Below the pieces are notes generated by a model, which did not search any database, was not told the DNA's origin, and was given only the letters and a program-made list of their open reading frames with translations. The position numbers and the translations under genes were made by a program. From a virus, in the IMG/VR virus record IMGVR_UViG_3300023174_005350, positions 1 to 64,000 of that record: a stretch of DNA of 64,000 bases. The stretch is one strand, 5' to 3'. This document shows, piece after piece, positions 54,701 through 63,717 of this stretch (its first letter is position 1; each line of letters begins with the position of its first letter).

Positions 54701-57325
54701 ATCACCGATAAATTAGATAATTTTATATTAAATGATTTAGAAGGTGAAAAGAAGATAAAATTACAAATAGATGGTATTAAAAAATTATTACCATATAAAG
54801 GATTTTATCCACAAGAAAGAACTGTTCAAATAGTTGATTTATTTCAAAAGTCTTTCTTTGATATATCAATGAGTGATATAACTGGGGGATATCCAACATT
54901 AGTCGGTAATAAAGATAGAGTTAGGGCTGGTTACCAAGAAACATCAGGTTCACCATTAATACAACAAATGCAAACTTTATTGCAACCTTATTTTGCTCCG
55001 GGTATATTATTTAATACTATAAAATCTGGAATAGCCGTTGATTGGCCAACAATGTATTCAGGAGCTTTTAATTATTATAATAACAAACAATGGGTTTTAC
55101 CGGGCGGTCCTCCTCCGTATGCTGTTCCGTTCCCAATGCGTAAACATGTTACGTCTTCATTTGCAAATTCTTCTACAGATAGCAACATTGTAGTGCTAAG
55201 TGGGAATTTTGATATAAGAGTTCCATTTGAATCTTTATTAGATTTACGAGGATATGATGAAGATATCAATAAATATTTAAATTATTTAGATCCTACTCGA
55301 TATTCTAAAGAAACAAATTTTTTGTATTCAAGTGATTTAAGAAAAAATCCTTTATTTTCTTTTAATAACAAGTATTCAAAAAATAATCAAGGAAAAAAGT
55401 TTATTGATGACAGATATACATTAGCTATAAACAATTTCCTAGCAGAAACACCTAGATTCTTTTTAAAAGATCAACAACTAACAAGTTTTGATAGCGGAAA
55501 ACAATCAAAAGATTTAAATTTCAAAGCTGGCGTGTCATATGAAATGTATGTAAAAATTGAAGCAACCCCAGATTTTAAAATGGTATTAGATACTACTAGC
55601 GAATATAATTACAATTTTGATGTTTACACGGGACTAGTGCCAACTTTTAATACAGTTAAAATTCCAGCTGCTTCTACTTTTGGTCCTCCGACACAATTCT
55701 TCAATTCTTCAACAGGCTCAGAGATTATATATGGCCATAAAGCATATGATGCAGCGGCGTATGCGCCATATGTTCCACCTTATTATTATGGCCCACAATA
55801 TATAAAATTACAATTTGTTCCTACATCAAGTGGAAATTATAAATACGAAGATATTATTTATCAATTAACAGTATCATGCGAACCGGCAACTAGAGATTTA
55901 AATTATTATTTTAGCTCATCAATAAATTCTCTTGGCGGTGATGCATCAACTGGAGATTTTACCGGCTCTACCGCTTATGCTAATAGAATGCCTTTAAGTT
56001 CAAGTATTTTATATAATGTATTAGTTGATGATAAACAAGTTGCTTATAAGTTATCTGGAGAAGTTCAAACTGCAACACAAACTACTGATACATCATTAAG
56101 TCGTTGGAGAATACAAACAAAATTTGAAACCCCAGTATTAAATTTTAATACTGATTTAAATAAATCTATAAGCGTTCTTTATGAAACCGGCTCTCAATTT
56201 TCTACTACTACGCCTAAAGTTGGTGGCGGATTTACTACTATAAATCACAGTTCATCAATAACAAAGTTTGGTTTCACGGGTATGTGGGGCGGATATGCTC
56301 AAACAGGCTCTAATTCTGGCGTAAAATTATCTATTGAACCCGGAAAAGTAGCACCATATAACGAAATAGCGCCAACTGACGACTTAGCTTCTGCTTGCGG
56401 ATTTGATACAAGCGCACAATCAAAGAAATATATTGGTCAAATAGCTCAAAAGAAACAAATCGGTGAAGCAATAGTCATGATTCCATTTACAAAGACTAGA
56501 AATCACATAGGAACTGATGAAAAGAAGGTAGACATAAATAAAGCCATCACAATTCCAGAAATTATTGGAGAAAACGGAAAGACATCCAATAACGTTACTA
56601 ATGGACCATATTATTTTAATGTAGATAAAAATGTAATTAATGATGTTTTCAAAGATAATAATATATCTATTGATTTTAGAGATACAAAAATAACATACCA
56701 AGATATTAAAAATTTGCTTTCAAATACACAAAATATATCTAATAATTCAATTCTAAACTCAATGAAATTAATGACGCAATACGTCGTTCCTCCACATTTA
56801 GATTGGATTTTCGATAGAACAATTAAGCCTTTTGCAATGTATATTTTTGAATTCACACATGATTTAGACGGCGGCGAGTTAGCAGATATATGGCAAGGCG
56901 TTATGCCCACGTCAGCAATGGCTGCGACAAAAGATTCTGTCAGTATCGAACATGCATTTACAGAAAAAGAATTCTTCCACGGTAAAAAACTGCCAGATGA
57001 TATTCAGTGGAAAGTATTTAAGGTAAAGAAACGTGCAAATTATCTATATGATAGCTTGATTAACGGCAAAGAAGAACGCTTTGTGTTTAATCCGGGAACA
57101 TCAGAAGAATTAGTATATTCTTATAATTGGCCTTATGATTATTTCTCACTAGTTGAACTAGTTAATATTAAAGCTTCTTTAGAAGTTGATAACACTAATT
57201 TACAAACACAAGAAACAATAATAAACCCTTCAGAAATAGTTAAGGCTTTACAACAACCAGATTCTCAAAAAAGAATTGCAGAATTAGGAAAAAATACAAA
57301 TAAAAAATTAAAAGGTGTTAAATAG
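48746..57325 (+). CDS. giant baseplate/tail protein with LamG (ConA-like) domains (2859 aa)
   Basis: TVEFW, WHHYAFTF..LYVDG, DEFRFW; YKSKGT..RNLIR.FG wedge motif. Confidence 0.65.
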   Translation: MSLKDLFGNASDKVISNKQLQDLYDQAESEGYLEELLEDKERYQPAIDFSDPANFAVYGSAERYYVDGITNIYQNYPYDGSKKEKQEWRNLSSQLDNYIFDNIYPKTTGYVTFSGSTPSVLSTYRSSSNAQYVIVKGGPNPSPTGKFETANIYDLNTNRESNLRISEHGNTVEFWFKDNTVSGSAFSQARYALFDLWNGVSNVANNYTRLLIAKKESATENKFIVTYASGSNGIDEHELSYNFDPFNWHHYAFTFGNTGPNLNDLEVCLYVDGALVSRDVVTNGGGISLADNANLIAFLGAYRSDPNGSATNLAGLGASFGSYDEFRFWKATRTSRQIYRNWFTQVGGGTNTDDSNTSLGVYFKFNEGIIDTGSINSLDAVCVDYSGRVSNGTINNYSLNCKSTSSAIDIYFDKTVEGMEPKDPIIFSSNPLVQNVLTQYAETGFQYDVTSTSGIYKKIPSWITEDAEKENYPDLQRLVQIISSYFDTLQLQISKLSSIKDIEYSAQTDKPKPFYSNILNSHGFDNIEIFNDTTFLEDVLSRNESSQFEEKVNNIKNIIYQNIYNNLSYIYKSKGTEKAFRNLIRSFGIDNELVKINLYANNAEYDFSNKYNYTSVSKKFVDFNSPDRNSGAIIQKNKSGDSNTRGYIAGVASGKLDYAPITVQAEVIFPKKSDGEFDSYYTTNFTDVSLFGCHTADSNDSILTWHNNDNFNFQVYAIKSDINSPDVYFKLTGSLSGSGFNITSSVYKHVYDNQKWNLAVRIKPEKLGFISYSSGSYETDYVVEFVGFNSLLDTAVNDTFILTASIPKDDAQSALRENKRLYVGAHYDNFNPSNLLSQTDVKISSVRYWLDYLTNEELQVHSFDASNYGTVHPNWKPEFITDSLIITKADMLLLNWTFDNVTSSNISGEFTVDDISSGSLALTNRYGIGWLGDVVGYQQSGYGFGFDASDAQVTNKEYIYSAKVATPEIFNGSDMIQVPDTDDFIREKTPKPLSFYFSIEKSMAQVINDEILNWFATIKNFNNLIGQPNQRYKKEYSDLVHLRKLFFEKVNNEPDYEKFLEFYKWIDSSISMMIGQLAPASSNVSDKVRNIIENTVLDRNKYENKVATIEYKDTIVPLVSTAQSFSYPLQNAPHSPAGVLWYKQRAIRTQEVSGGTETITTPLEPQNDIDREIIRQVINYSSYGKGVQFYDTGSDSFYEGNKDLNRSFSRHYKLVADKLLIIDGTIVGNEISNVSSSNVFQFAGDIAASSNQTQVIDPFNSRFSINSRPQLFDIATSASYEGVRKSSKSVYKFKNPYEYFQTSGRSTNNKSFVDLEGNVFLEYSINPLNIVERALPNRAMENGGARKTIFVERFSAPGGSEVNARGMLDPVAEEFSVYNGLNNRNLRVRKFLDSWMRESGSIDSSYPSYHKIIKNVVRYPGDETGTTVNEQTDNGFISHAIPRSDSQYAWISASMSGNSIFSGYDSEYDNLNKGYQFLSGAKISTYILPFINYRFFGNNSLDQYISDKNIYTSSNLISTGTLQPLTALNAANQLRSYILNLNGPYQYPSWKQIRNSENSLTILSRKNNNITVQDTPTVLDNRSDTFKTFREPPVEYNTPMKHTVDVSGSTGSFDVISSYDNNKDKFANPALMSATGQSKRDEKQAHEVLISLANGEYKPEPRILNASYTSMILPTKQHVGLKETRTRPSYTEEAGTGSNGYDRNVAEIRTFWRDSLANRKRTNAFYSSSKTGSLNSLNIAQLSASATSSAYTGYIRYSGTLLYVPQITASKNYQEYYDAVNSLENNNSYSINLVSGTDYTQNQLSIDSSIMGDLAGFDEIEARNFLAAQSGTYYLQNVTKSDNVEQVEYFKYDPSYNFVRPKPSYTYKIHYPSCTSVYGFLTPISPGVTSSYTGFKYRQFINEGMTYNTNIIAGKNPWYNTYEQFFEDLRPYSANKTILPEYNFSEHGDYYIKEKNGDYTSQPPENYISFDGSDVSVNSIDGAYNITDKLDNFILNDLEGEKKIKLQIDGIKKLLPYKGFYPQERTVQIVDLFQKSFFDISMSDITGGYPTLVGNKDRVRAGYQETSGSPLIQQMQTLLQPYFAPGILFNTIKSGIAVDWPTMYSGAFNYYNNKQWVLPGGPPPYAVPFPMRKHVTSSFANSSTDSNIVVLSGNFDIRVPFESLLDLRGYDEDINKYLNYLDPTRYSKETNFLYSSDLRKNPLFSFNNKYSKNNQGKKFIDDRYTLAINNFLAETPRFFLKDQQLTSFDSGKQSKDLNFKAGVSYEMYVKIEATPDFKMVLDTTSEYNYNFDVYTGLVPTFNTVKIPAASTFGPPTQFFNSSTGSEIIYGHKAYDAAAYAPYVPPYYYGPQYIKLQFVPTSSGNYKYEDIIYQLTVSCEPATRDLNYYFSSSINSLGGDASTGDFTGSTAYANRMPLSSSILYNVLVDDKQVAYKLSGEVQTATQTTDTSLSRWRIQTKFETPVLNFNTDLNKSISVLYETGSQFSTTTPKVGGGFTTINHSSSITKFGFTGMWGGYAQTGSNSGVKLSIEPGKVAPYNEIAPTDDLASACGFDTSAQSKKYIGQIAQKKQIGEAIVMIPFTKTRNHIGTDEKKVDINKAITIPEIIGENGKTSNNVTNGPYYFNVDKNVINDVFKDNNISIDFRDTKITYQDIKNLLSNTQNISNNSILNSMKLMTQYVVPPHLDWIFDRTIKPFAMYIFEFTHDLDGGELADIWQGVMPTSAMAATKDSVSIEHAFTEKEFFHGKKLPDDIQWKVFKVKKRANYLYDSLINGKEERFVFNPGTSEELVYSYNWPYDYFSLVELVNIKASLEVDNTNLQTQETIINPSEIVKALQQPDSQKRIAELGKNTNKKLKGVK

Positions 57326-57334
57326 GTAAATAAA

Positions 57335-58321
57335 ATGTCTTTTTTTGATAGCAAACAAGAAACCATCAATATAGAGCTTACATCTTATGGCAAACTTTTG
57401 CTATCAAAAGGTAAATTTAAACCTGTTTATTATGCATTTTTTGATGATGATGTTGTGTATGATTCTTCTTATATTCAGATAAGCGAATCACAAAACGATA
57501 TACAACAGCGTATAATGAATGAAACACCCATAAATAAACCGCAAACTATATTTACTGGTGCAGATAAAACAGTTAAACAAAATACAGAATTATACACAGA
57601 ATACCAAAAAATATATAATAATATTTTGCAAGAAAACGAAATATTAAAATTAGTCGAGCAACAGGTAGAATCAGAAAAGAACTATGCTCTTTGTTTTCCA
57701 ATAGGTAAGTCTTCATTTAATAGCGAATACCATCCCGCGTGGAACATCAATTTTATAAGCGGTGCATTATCTTCATCTGCTCCATATGTTGATAATTCAA
57801 ATGGTAAAAGCGGTTCATTGCAACCATATCTAAAAATACCACAATTAAATTTAAAAGACAGCGTTCAAGATGTTTTATTAATAAAAGAAGATGGATTCGT
57901 ATTACCCCCAGAAGAATATGAAAATGTTGGTTTTTTAATAGACGAAGAGGGAAATACTACTACCATTAATATAAAACTAGATCAATATTTATTAGAAGTT
58001 TTAGAAAAAAATGTTGATGACGCAAAAGAAAATTTTGATATGGAAGTGTTTATCGAAGAACCAAATGTATTAGATCCAAATTCTAATTACTGGAGGCAGC
58101 TTAATTTTATAAAAAAACCAGTTATAATTAAAGATAATATTCTTTTAGATAAACCAGAAATACCAGAGAATATTGAAAATTTATATAAAAATCCAAACTT
58201 TGTCGAACACTACTTAAATATATTAATAGACGATGAAATCATTTTACCAGCTAAACAACAAATTAAGGTTGGAACATATGATTCTAATATTACGCCAAGT
58301 TCTATCGGAGAAGATTGTTAA
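57335..58321 (+). CDS. virion structural protein
   Basis: LTSYGK.LLSKG.F...YYAFFDDDV.YD. Confidence 0.55.
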   Translation: MSFFDSKQETINIELTSYGKLLLSKGKFKPVYYAFFDDDVVYDSSYIQISESQNDIQQRIMNETPINKPQTIFTGADKTVKQNTELYTEYQKIYNNILQENEILKLVEQQVESEKNYALCFPIGKSSFNSEYHPAWNINFISGALSSSAPYVDNSNGKSGSLQPYLKIPQLNLKDSVQDVLLIKEDGFVLPPEEYENVGFLIDEEGNTTTINIKLDQYLLEVLEKNVDDAKENFDMEVFIEEPNVLDPNSNYWRQLNFIKKPVIIKDNILLDKPEIPENIENLYKNPNFVEHYLNILIDDEIILPAKQQIKVGTYDSNITPSSIGEDC

Positions 58322-61300
58322 TGTTTTTTGCATTTAATAAAGAACAAATAAAAGCTGCAAAAGATACAGTTTTTCCAAGCGCTGGATATATTAACTTATC
58401 ATCGGCTATTATCGATAATTATGGTCCTAATTATACATCTATAAAATTGTCGTATATTTTGCAAGACGTTTTAGGAGATTTAAAAGTTTTTAATGTTTTG
58501 ACAGCAAAAAAAATGATGAATCTCAGAATTTTTGAAATTTCCAGTCAACAAATGCAGGATGAATTAGCAAACATAAAAAATATTAAAGACTTAAATTCAC
58601 TCTTAAAAAGTTATGGAGTTTATTATAAGGACGTTAATGCTGCTGTATCATTCGTAGGCGATCCATATAAGCTAGAAGAGCATTATGTACAAAATAATAA
58701 TGTATTTTTAAATTATAATTTTGATTTCTTATTAGCAAAAAAAGATCCAGAATATTTGTCATTTGGCTGCGTATTTTATTATGATGTAAGTGAATATTGT
58801 TTAGAAAATGAAGTATTACAAGACAACGTAACTTACGAAGCTATTTTTGGTGAAATAAAAACTTTTAATTTAATTAACGCTAAAAAACCAGCTTCCGCAT
58901 CATTAAAAGATTTAAGAATAGTAAAAGATATATTTGCGATAGATAGACTTTATGAACAAACGAGTCTTAAAACTACTGGTGTAAAAATACAGAGCGTAGA
59001 TAATAAAAAAATACCTAATAAACAATTTTTTTCTAATATATATTACACAAAAAAAAGCAGCACAGAATTATCAGCTTTATTTAATTTAGACTTTTTTAAA
59101 TTAGTATATGATAATTCTCCTTTAAGAGAAGTAATATATAAAAGCGATTCTGTTGAAAAATTATTGAATCAATCGACAATAAGCCATTTCAAGTTTAAGA
59201 GAAGATTAGTTAAAGAACAATTTAAAAATTACGTTCCAGTAGAACAAGAAAGTTCAGATGTAATTCAAACATATGAAAATACATCAACTGGTTTATTGAC
59301 AAGCGTTGATGATAGTTTCGGTTCTGTAAAAGAATCAGCCATATATACTAATGAAGATTTAAAAATCAGGACTTTTCAACTTCTAGATAAGAAAGTATAT
59401 TCTACTAAAAAAGGTATATATCAATATGGTGTTGAGCTAAAGGTAGTAGATGGCTTAATAGAATATCTATACAACTTAACAGATCAACTTTTGCTTGATA
59501 GCAGTTTATTAAAAAAATATTTATCTGAAACAGATAAGTTTGTAACGATACCAAAAGATTCAAGAAATATAAATCCACATTTATTGCTTAGTTCAGCAAT
59601 AAAGACTGGCTATTATGATCCTTTAAGTGCTCGATTCACGCCAGCATTTTTATATAACGTATTTCCACAACAATATCAAAGCGATATATTAAAGGTAATT
59701 GCGAGATATGTCGAGTCTTTAAGTATATTGGGCATGTTAAAAACATCTGTAGAGGATACAACTTCAGTATTTACTTCTCTTTTAAATCCTTCTTTTGCAA
59801 CAGCTCAAACTATTTCTTATTTTATAAAAGCACATTCTAAGTTAATATCAGAAATTAACAAGATATTAAAAGAAACAAAAAACAACTATTATAAATTAGA
59901 ATATTGGTTTGAAAATGATTACGTAGATGCTTCATATGATTCTTCACTTGGTTATGAATTTATAGAATATGATTCTAATACTGTTATGCAAACAGCAACA
60001 GATGATTATATCAAGATTAGAACCGATGAAGAAATAAAGAAATATTCTAATAATGGTTCAATAAGCGCCGAGCAACAAAAAAATAAATATGCATTTTTAT
60101 CACCAATAAAAGTAACCGCTAGAACTAAAACATTAGAATTAGATAAATTGCTTGAAGAAAAAAATACTTTTGCTTTGCAAGAATATAAAGATACAGAATT
60201 AGATATAAAAAGATATAATTTATTAAAAGATGCCGATAAAGAAGTAATAGTAAGCGATTTAACCAAAGGCTTGAGTGCAGAACAGCAAAAACAAATATTA
60301 AAGAGCAACAGAATATTTAATAATAAATCTGTGTCTCTTGAGATAGTTCAAGATAAAAATGCATTAGTTAGCGGCAGTGAATATAAGGTTATTGATTATG
60401 TCGATCCAACTATGTTGCAATTAGGCTTATCAAAATATATTAATTACTCTAATAATAGTTTTATAAACAAAGCCACTAGTTTATCGCAATCTTATAGCTT
60501 ACAAGCTGACTTGCTAAAGCAAAATAACAGTAGATATTTTGATAATACAAGTGATTATTTAAATGATTTAGATATTAATTCTAAATATCTGTTCTTATAT
60601 TCTTCAATTCATCAAATAGAATATTTAACTTATAAACAAAATTTGAAAGATGAAGTATGGAAATTGTTTGATGAAGAAGCATACCGCAATCTATCAAATA
60701 CTAAAACATTGTTTTGTCGTTTAAAGTTAGTAGATAATCCATTATTTGATCAAATAAAATTACCAGTATTTAATAGTTATTTCTTATTAAATTATATAGA
60801 AGGTGAAAAAACAAGTTCTAGAATGCCATTAGATAAGATACCAGAGGAACCACCAAGAGCACAATTTTTGCCATCGCTTCCTCCATATGTTCCACCAAAA
60901 AAACCTTTTGGTTTATCTAAAAAAGATATTAACCCGTCCGTGATGAACATTTTTAAAGCACCAGAAGATGATATTTATGATTTAGGAACACGTACTGGTA
61001 CAGGAGTTAATGCAGAACAGGATGCTGCATATGAGGCTTATTTAAATAGTTTAGCTTCAGGTCCAGAGTTGCCACAAGAAATATCTCTTCCAACAGATGG
61101 TGCAACACCCAATGTTCCCGGCGATACATATGATAGTGACTCTGCTATGAGTATATTGGCACCAGATACAAGATATTCAATGTATGAAAATCAAGAAATA
61201 AGATTTGGTAACAATAATGATACTATTTTATTGAGATCACAAAATAAAAAGTATCGTTTAGTAGGAAGAAAATATGGGTTATTTTTGCAAGAAGTAGTAA

Positions 61301-61692
61301 TTGATTCTATTGACTCTACAGAATCTGGCATAACATTGTGGGAAATTAGTGATGCGGAAGGTGCCCCAGATGGATTGAAAGATTTCGTAAAAGATAATGT
61401 TTGGGAAATATATGAAAATGGAACCGGAATAAGTAAGCTTGCTATCTTTGCTGGTACTTTATATGTTAGTAGCAATAAAAAATTAATAGCAAGATTATAT
61501 GATAGTAGTTCTATAAATGGAGATTATACAAATAAATTAATTTTACAAGATGATGGTAATTTAGTATTTTATACTAGCGATTATCAAAAACTTTGGGCTA
61601 CTAATACTGATGGTGGTAAAAAATCTTATGCGCCCCAAAATTATAAAGGTCGCGCCGCAAAAGCATATGGGGATAATATAAAAGTTTATTAA
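58321..61692 (+). CDS. virion protein with C-terminal bulb-type (B) lectin motif
   Basis: LILQDDGNLVFY....LWATNT (QxDxNxVxY). Confidence 0.6.
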   Translation: MFFAFNKEQIKAAKDTVFPSAGYINLSSAIIDNYGPNYTSIKLSYILQDVLGDLKVFNVLTAKKMMNLRIFEISSQQMQDELANIKNIKDLNSLLKSYGVYYKDVNAAVSFVGDPYKLEEHYVQNNNVFLNYNFDFLLAKKDPEYLSFGCVFYYDVSEYCLENEVLQDNVTYEAIFGEIKTFNLINAKKPASASLKDLRIVKDIFAIDRLYEQTSLKTTGVKIQSVDNKKIPNKQFFSNIYYTKKSSTELSALFNLDFFKLVYDNSPLREVIYKSDSVEKLLNQSTISHFKFKRRLVKEQFKNYVPVEQESSDVIQTYENTSTGLLTSVDDSFGSVKESAIYTNEDLKIRTFQLLDKKVYSTKKGIYQYGVELKVVDGLIEYLYNLTDQLLLDSSLLKKYLSETDKFVTIPKDSRNINPHLLLSSAIKTGYYDPLSARFTPAFLYNVFPQQYQSDILKVIARYVESLSILGMLKTSVEDTTSVFTSLLNPSFATAQTISYFIKAHSKLISEINKILKETKNNYYKLEYWFENDYVDASYDSSLGYEFIEYDSNTVMQTATDDYIKIRTDEEIKKYSNNGSISAEQQKNKYAFLSPIKVTARTKTLELDKLLEEKNTFALQEYKDTELDIKRYNLLKDADKEVIVSDLTKGLSAEQQKQILKSNRIFNNKSVSLEIVQDKNALVSGSEYKVIDYVDPTMLQLGLSKYINYSNNSFINKATSLSQSYSLQADLLKQNNSRYFDNTSDYLNDLDINSKYLFLYSSIHQIEYLTYKQNLKDEVWKLFDEEAYRNLSNTKTLFCRLKLVDNPLFDQIKLPVFNSYFLLNYIEGEKTSSRMPLDKIPEEPPRAQFLPSLPPYVPPKKPFGLSKKDINPSVMNIFKAPEDDIYDLGTRTGTGVNAEQDAAYEAYLNSLASGPELPQEISLPTDGATPNVPGDTYDSDSAMSILAPDTRYSMYENQEIRFGNNNDTILLRSQNKKYRLVGRKYGLFLQEVVIDSIDSTESGITLWEISDAEGAPDGLKDFVKDNVWEIYENGTGISKLAIFAGTLYVSSNKKLIARLYDSSSINGDYTNKLILQDDGNLVFYTSDYQKLWATNTDGGKKSYAPQNYKGRAAKAYGDNIKVY

Positions 61693-61698
61693 AAATTT

Positions 61699-63663
61699 AT
61701 GTCAAAAATAGATAAAAAAGTAAGAATCTTGTCCAACGATATTTATGAATTTTCTAAAGATCCATTTAGAAAGCTTGTGAGCGATTTGGATCCAAATACA
61801 TTAGAAATAAAACTAAAGCCAGAATTTAACATATTTAATTATAATGAAGGATATGACAAAAATAATCAGATTCATTTTGGATTTTTTGAAATGAATTGTG
61901 CTAATGGTGCCGCATCTGCATTAGTTAATAGCATTAATAGTATCAAAGATCAAGAAATATATAATACTAATTTATTGTGCTATAACCATAAAGAAATAAA
62001 TGAAGAAGTTAAGAAACAAGGCGAAGAAAATCTATCATTTACGTTAAAATTTGATACTAAATTTATCTATAGCTATCTTTCTAAAAATTATGAAACGTTC
62101 TTGAATGATAACAAAAATATTTCTGAATTAAAGCAGCCAAATTTTTATCAATTCTTAGGCGACAAATATATTAACAACACATTAAAGAAATTTATCGGTC
62201 AAGAATATTTTGTAGAACCACAAAATGTTATAGATTTAAATAACACCAGACCAGAGTTAAAAAATCTTACATTTGATTCAAAATTAGCTTTCAATAATAC
62301 TCTAGCTAATTATAATGGCGTTCTTGGACTTTTTAATACTTTTGCTCCTCAGTTTCCATTTTATTCAGATATTAAAATAGATTATCATTATAAACCAGAA
62401 AATAATATCAGTGATTTATTTCATGATAAAAATTTATATCGTTTGTTATTAGAATATGCTAGCAAATATAACACAACAGATAAAGTCGCTGTATCAAATA
62501 GCGGATTGTTTACGGGAATTCAGCAGATAAATAAAACATATATTCAAAATAATTCCACATTACAACAAACATTAATTAATAAAAATGTCGGTAGTGGCTT
62601 TTTTGACAAATTATTAGAATCTACCAAAATAAATACTAGAAGACTCCCTGAAATAATTGATGGCGCAGAAACATATTCAGAAGTAATAGGTTATGTTTTA
62701 AATAAGTATGATACATTTGGTCCTAAATCTACTCCAATACAACAAATAATATTTCCAAATTTGGGTAATAACTCGTATGTAAATTACATCGATACCCAAA
62801 TAAAATATAATAAAAGATATAAATATACAGTAGATTTATTAGTTTTGTCTGTAGGTGTTTTGTATAAGTATAAGTCCGCAGCAGCTACTTCTAATACAAC
62901 AATCTATGTAGATTACTCTTATCAACCAAGAACTTCATTTTATTTAATTAAAAACAACGTAGAATATACAAATAAATTGTTAAGCTATCCGCCTGTTAAA
63001 CCTTATGTAGAATTTTTACCATATGTTGATACGGATAATAAATTTAAATTAACATTATACAGAAATAGCGTACAAAAAACAATAGAAAAACCAATAAGTA
63101 TTAACGCCTCTGATGAGACTATATTTGAAGATCTAAAAGAAGTACAAAATTCTTTGGATAATACAATTACTTTTACATATGATGATGGAAATGCGACAAA
63201 ATTTGAAATATATAGAACTGTCGATAAACCTTCGGCGTATACAGATTTTAATGGTAAATTGTTAACAATAATAGAAGCTAATGATTTAGATAATATTAGT
63301 TATCAAGATACAATAGCACCAAATAAATATTACTATTATATCTTTAAGGCTATAGATTACCACAATCAATTTTCAAATCCAACAGAGATATATGAAGTTA
63401 TATATTCAAACGGTTCTTTAAATATCAAAACTTTAGATATAAAAATTCCGGAACAAGAATCAGCCCTAACATTTAGAAGATTCTTACAAGTTTCACCATC
63501 AATTGCTCAATTAGAAGCACAAGAAGGAACAAATGATGTAGTTTTGGGTATCATTAAAGATTCATTGTGGGACAAAAAGTTTAAGATTAGATTAACTTCT
63601 CGCTCAACTGGTAAAAAAATCGATTTTAATTTAACTTTTAAATATAATAAGAGATATAATTAA
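61699..63663 (+). CDS. virion structural protein (FN3-like segments)
   Basis: YIDTQIKY.K.YKY; FEIYR; YQD.I.PNKYYYY.F. Confidence 0.55.
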   Translation: MSKIDKKVRILSNDIYEFSKDPFRKLVSDLDPNTLEIKLKPEFNIFNYNEGYDKNNQIHFGFFEMNCANGAASALVNSINSIKDQEIYNTNLLCYNHKEINEEVKKQGEENLSFTLKFDTKFIYSYLSKNYETFLNDNKNISELKQPNFYQFLGDKYINNTLKKFIGQEYFVEPQNVIDLNNTRPELKNLTFDSKLAFNNTLANYNGVLGLFNTFAPQFPFYSDIKIDYHYKPENNISDLFHDKNLYRLLLEYASKYNTTDKVAVSNSGLFTGIQQINKTYIQNNSTLQQTLINKNVGSGFFDKLLESTKINTRRLPEIIDGAETYSEVIGYVLNKYDTFGPKSTPIQQIIFPNLGNNSYVNYIDTQIKYNKRYKYTVDLLVLSVGVLYKYKSAAATSNTTIYVDYSYQPRTSFYLIKNNVEYTNKLLSYPPVKPYVEFLPYVDTDNKFKLTLYRNSVQKTIEKPISINASDETIFEDLKEVQNSLDNTITFTYDDGNATKFEIYRTVDKPSAYTDFNGKLLTIIEANDLDNISYQDTIAPNKYYYYIFKAIDYHNQFSNPTEIYEVIYSNGSLNIKTLDIKIPEQESALTFRRFLQVSPSIAQLEAQEGTNDVVLGIIKDSLWDKKFKIRLTSRSTGKKIDFNLTFKYNKRYN

Positions 63664-63717
63664 ATAAATATCTATTTTTCATACTAGTTATAGGAAAAGA
63701 ATCAAGAGGAAATAAAT

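Noticed and set aside
37330-61475. Numerous short minus-strand ORFs within structural genes
   Set aside because: Fully nested antisense to long + strand genes, with no SD, promoter motif or recognisable domain.
39467-63663. Stop-codon reassignment
   Set aside because: Very long ORFs are intact in the standard code, and TAG and TGA both end genes normally.
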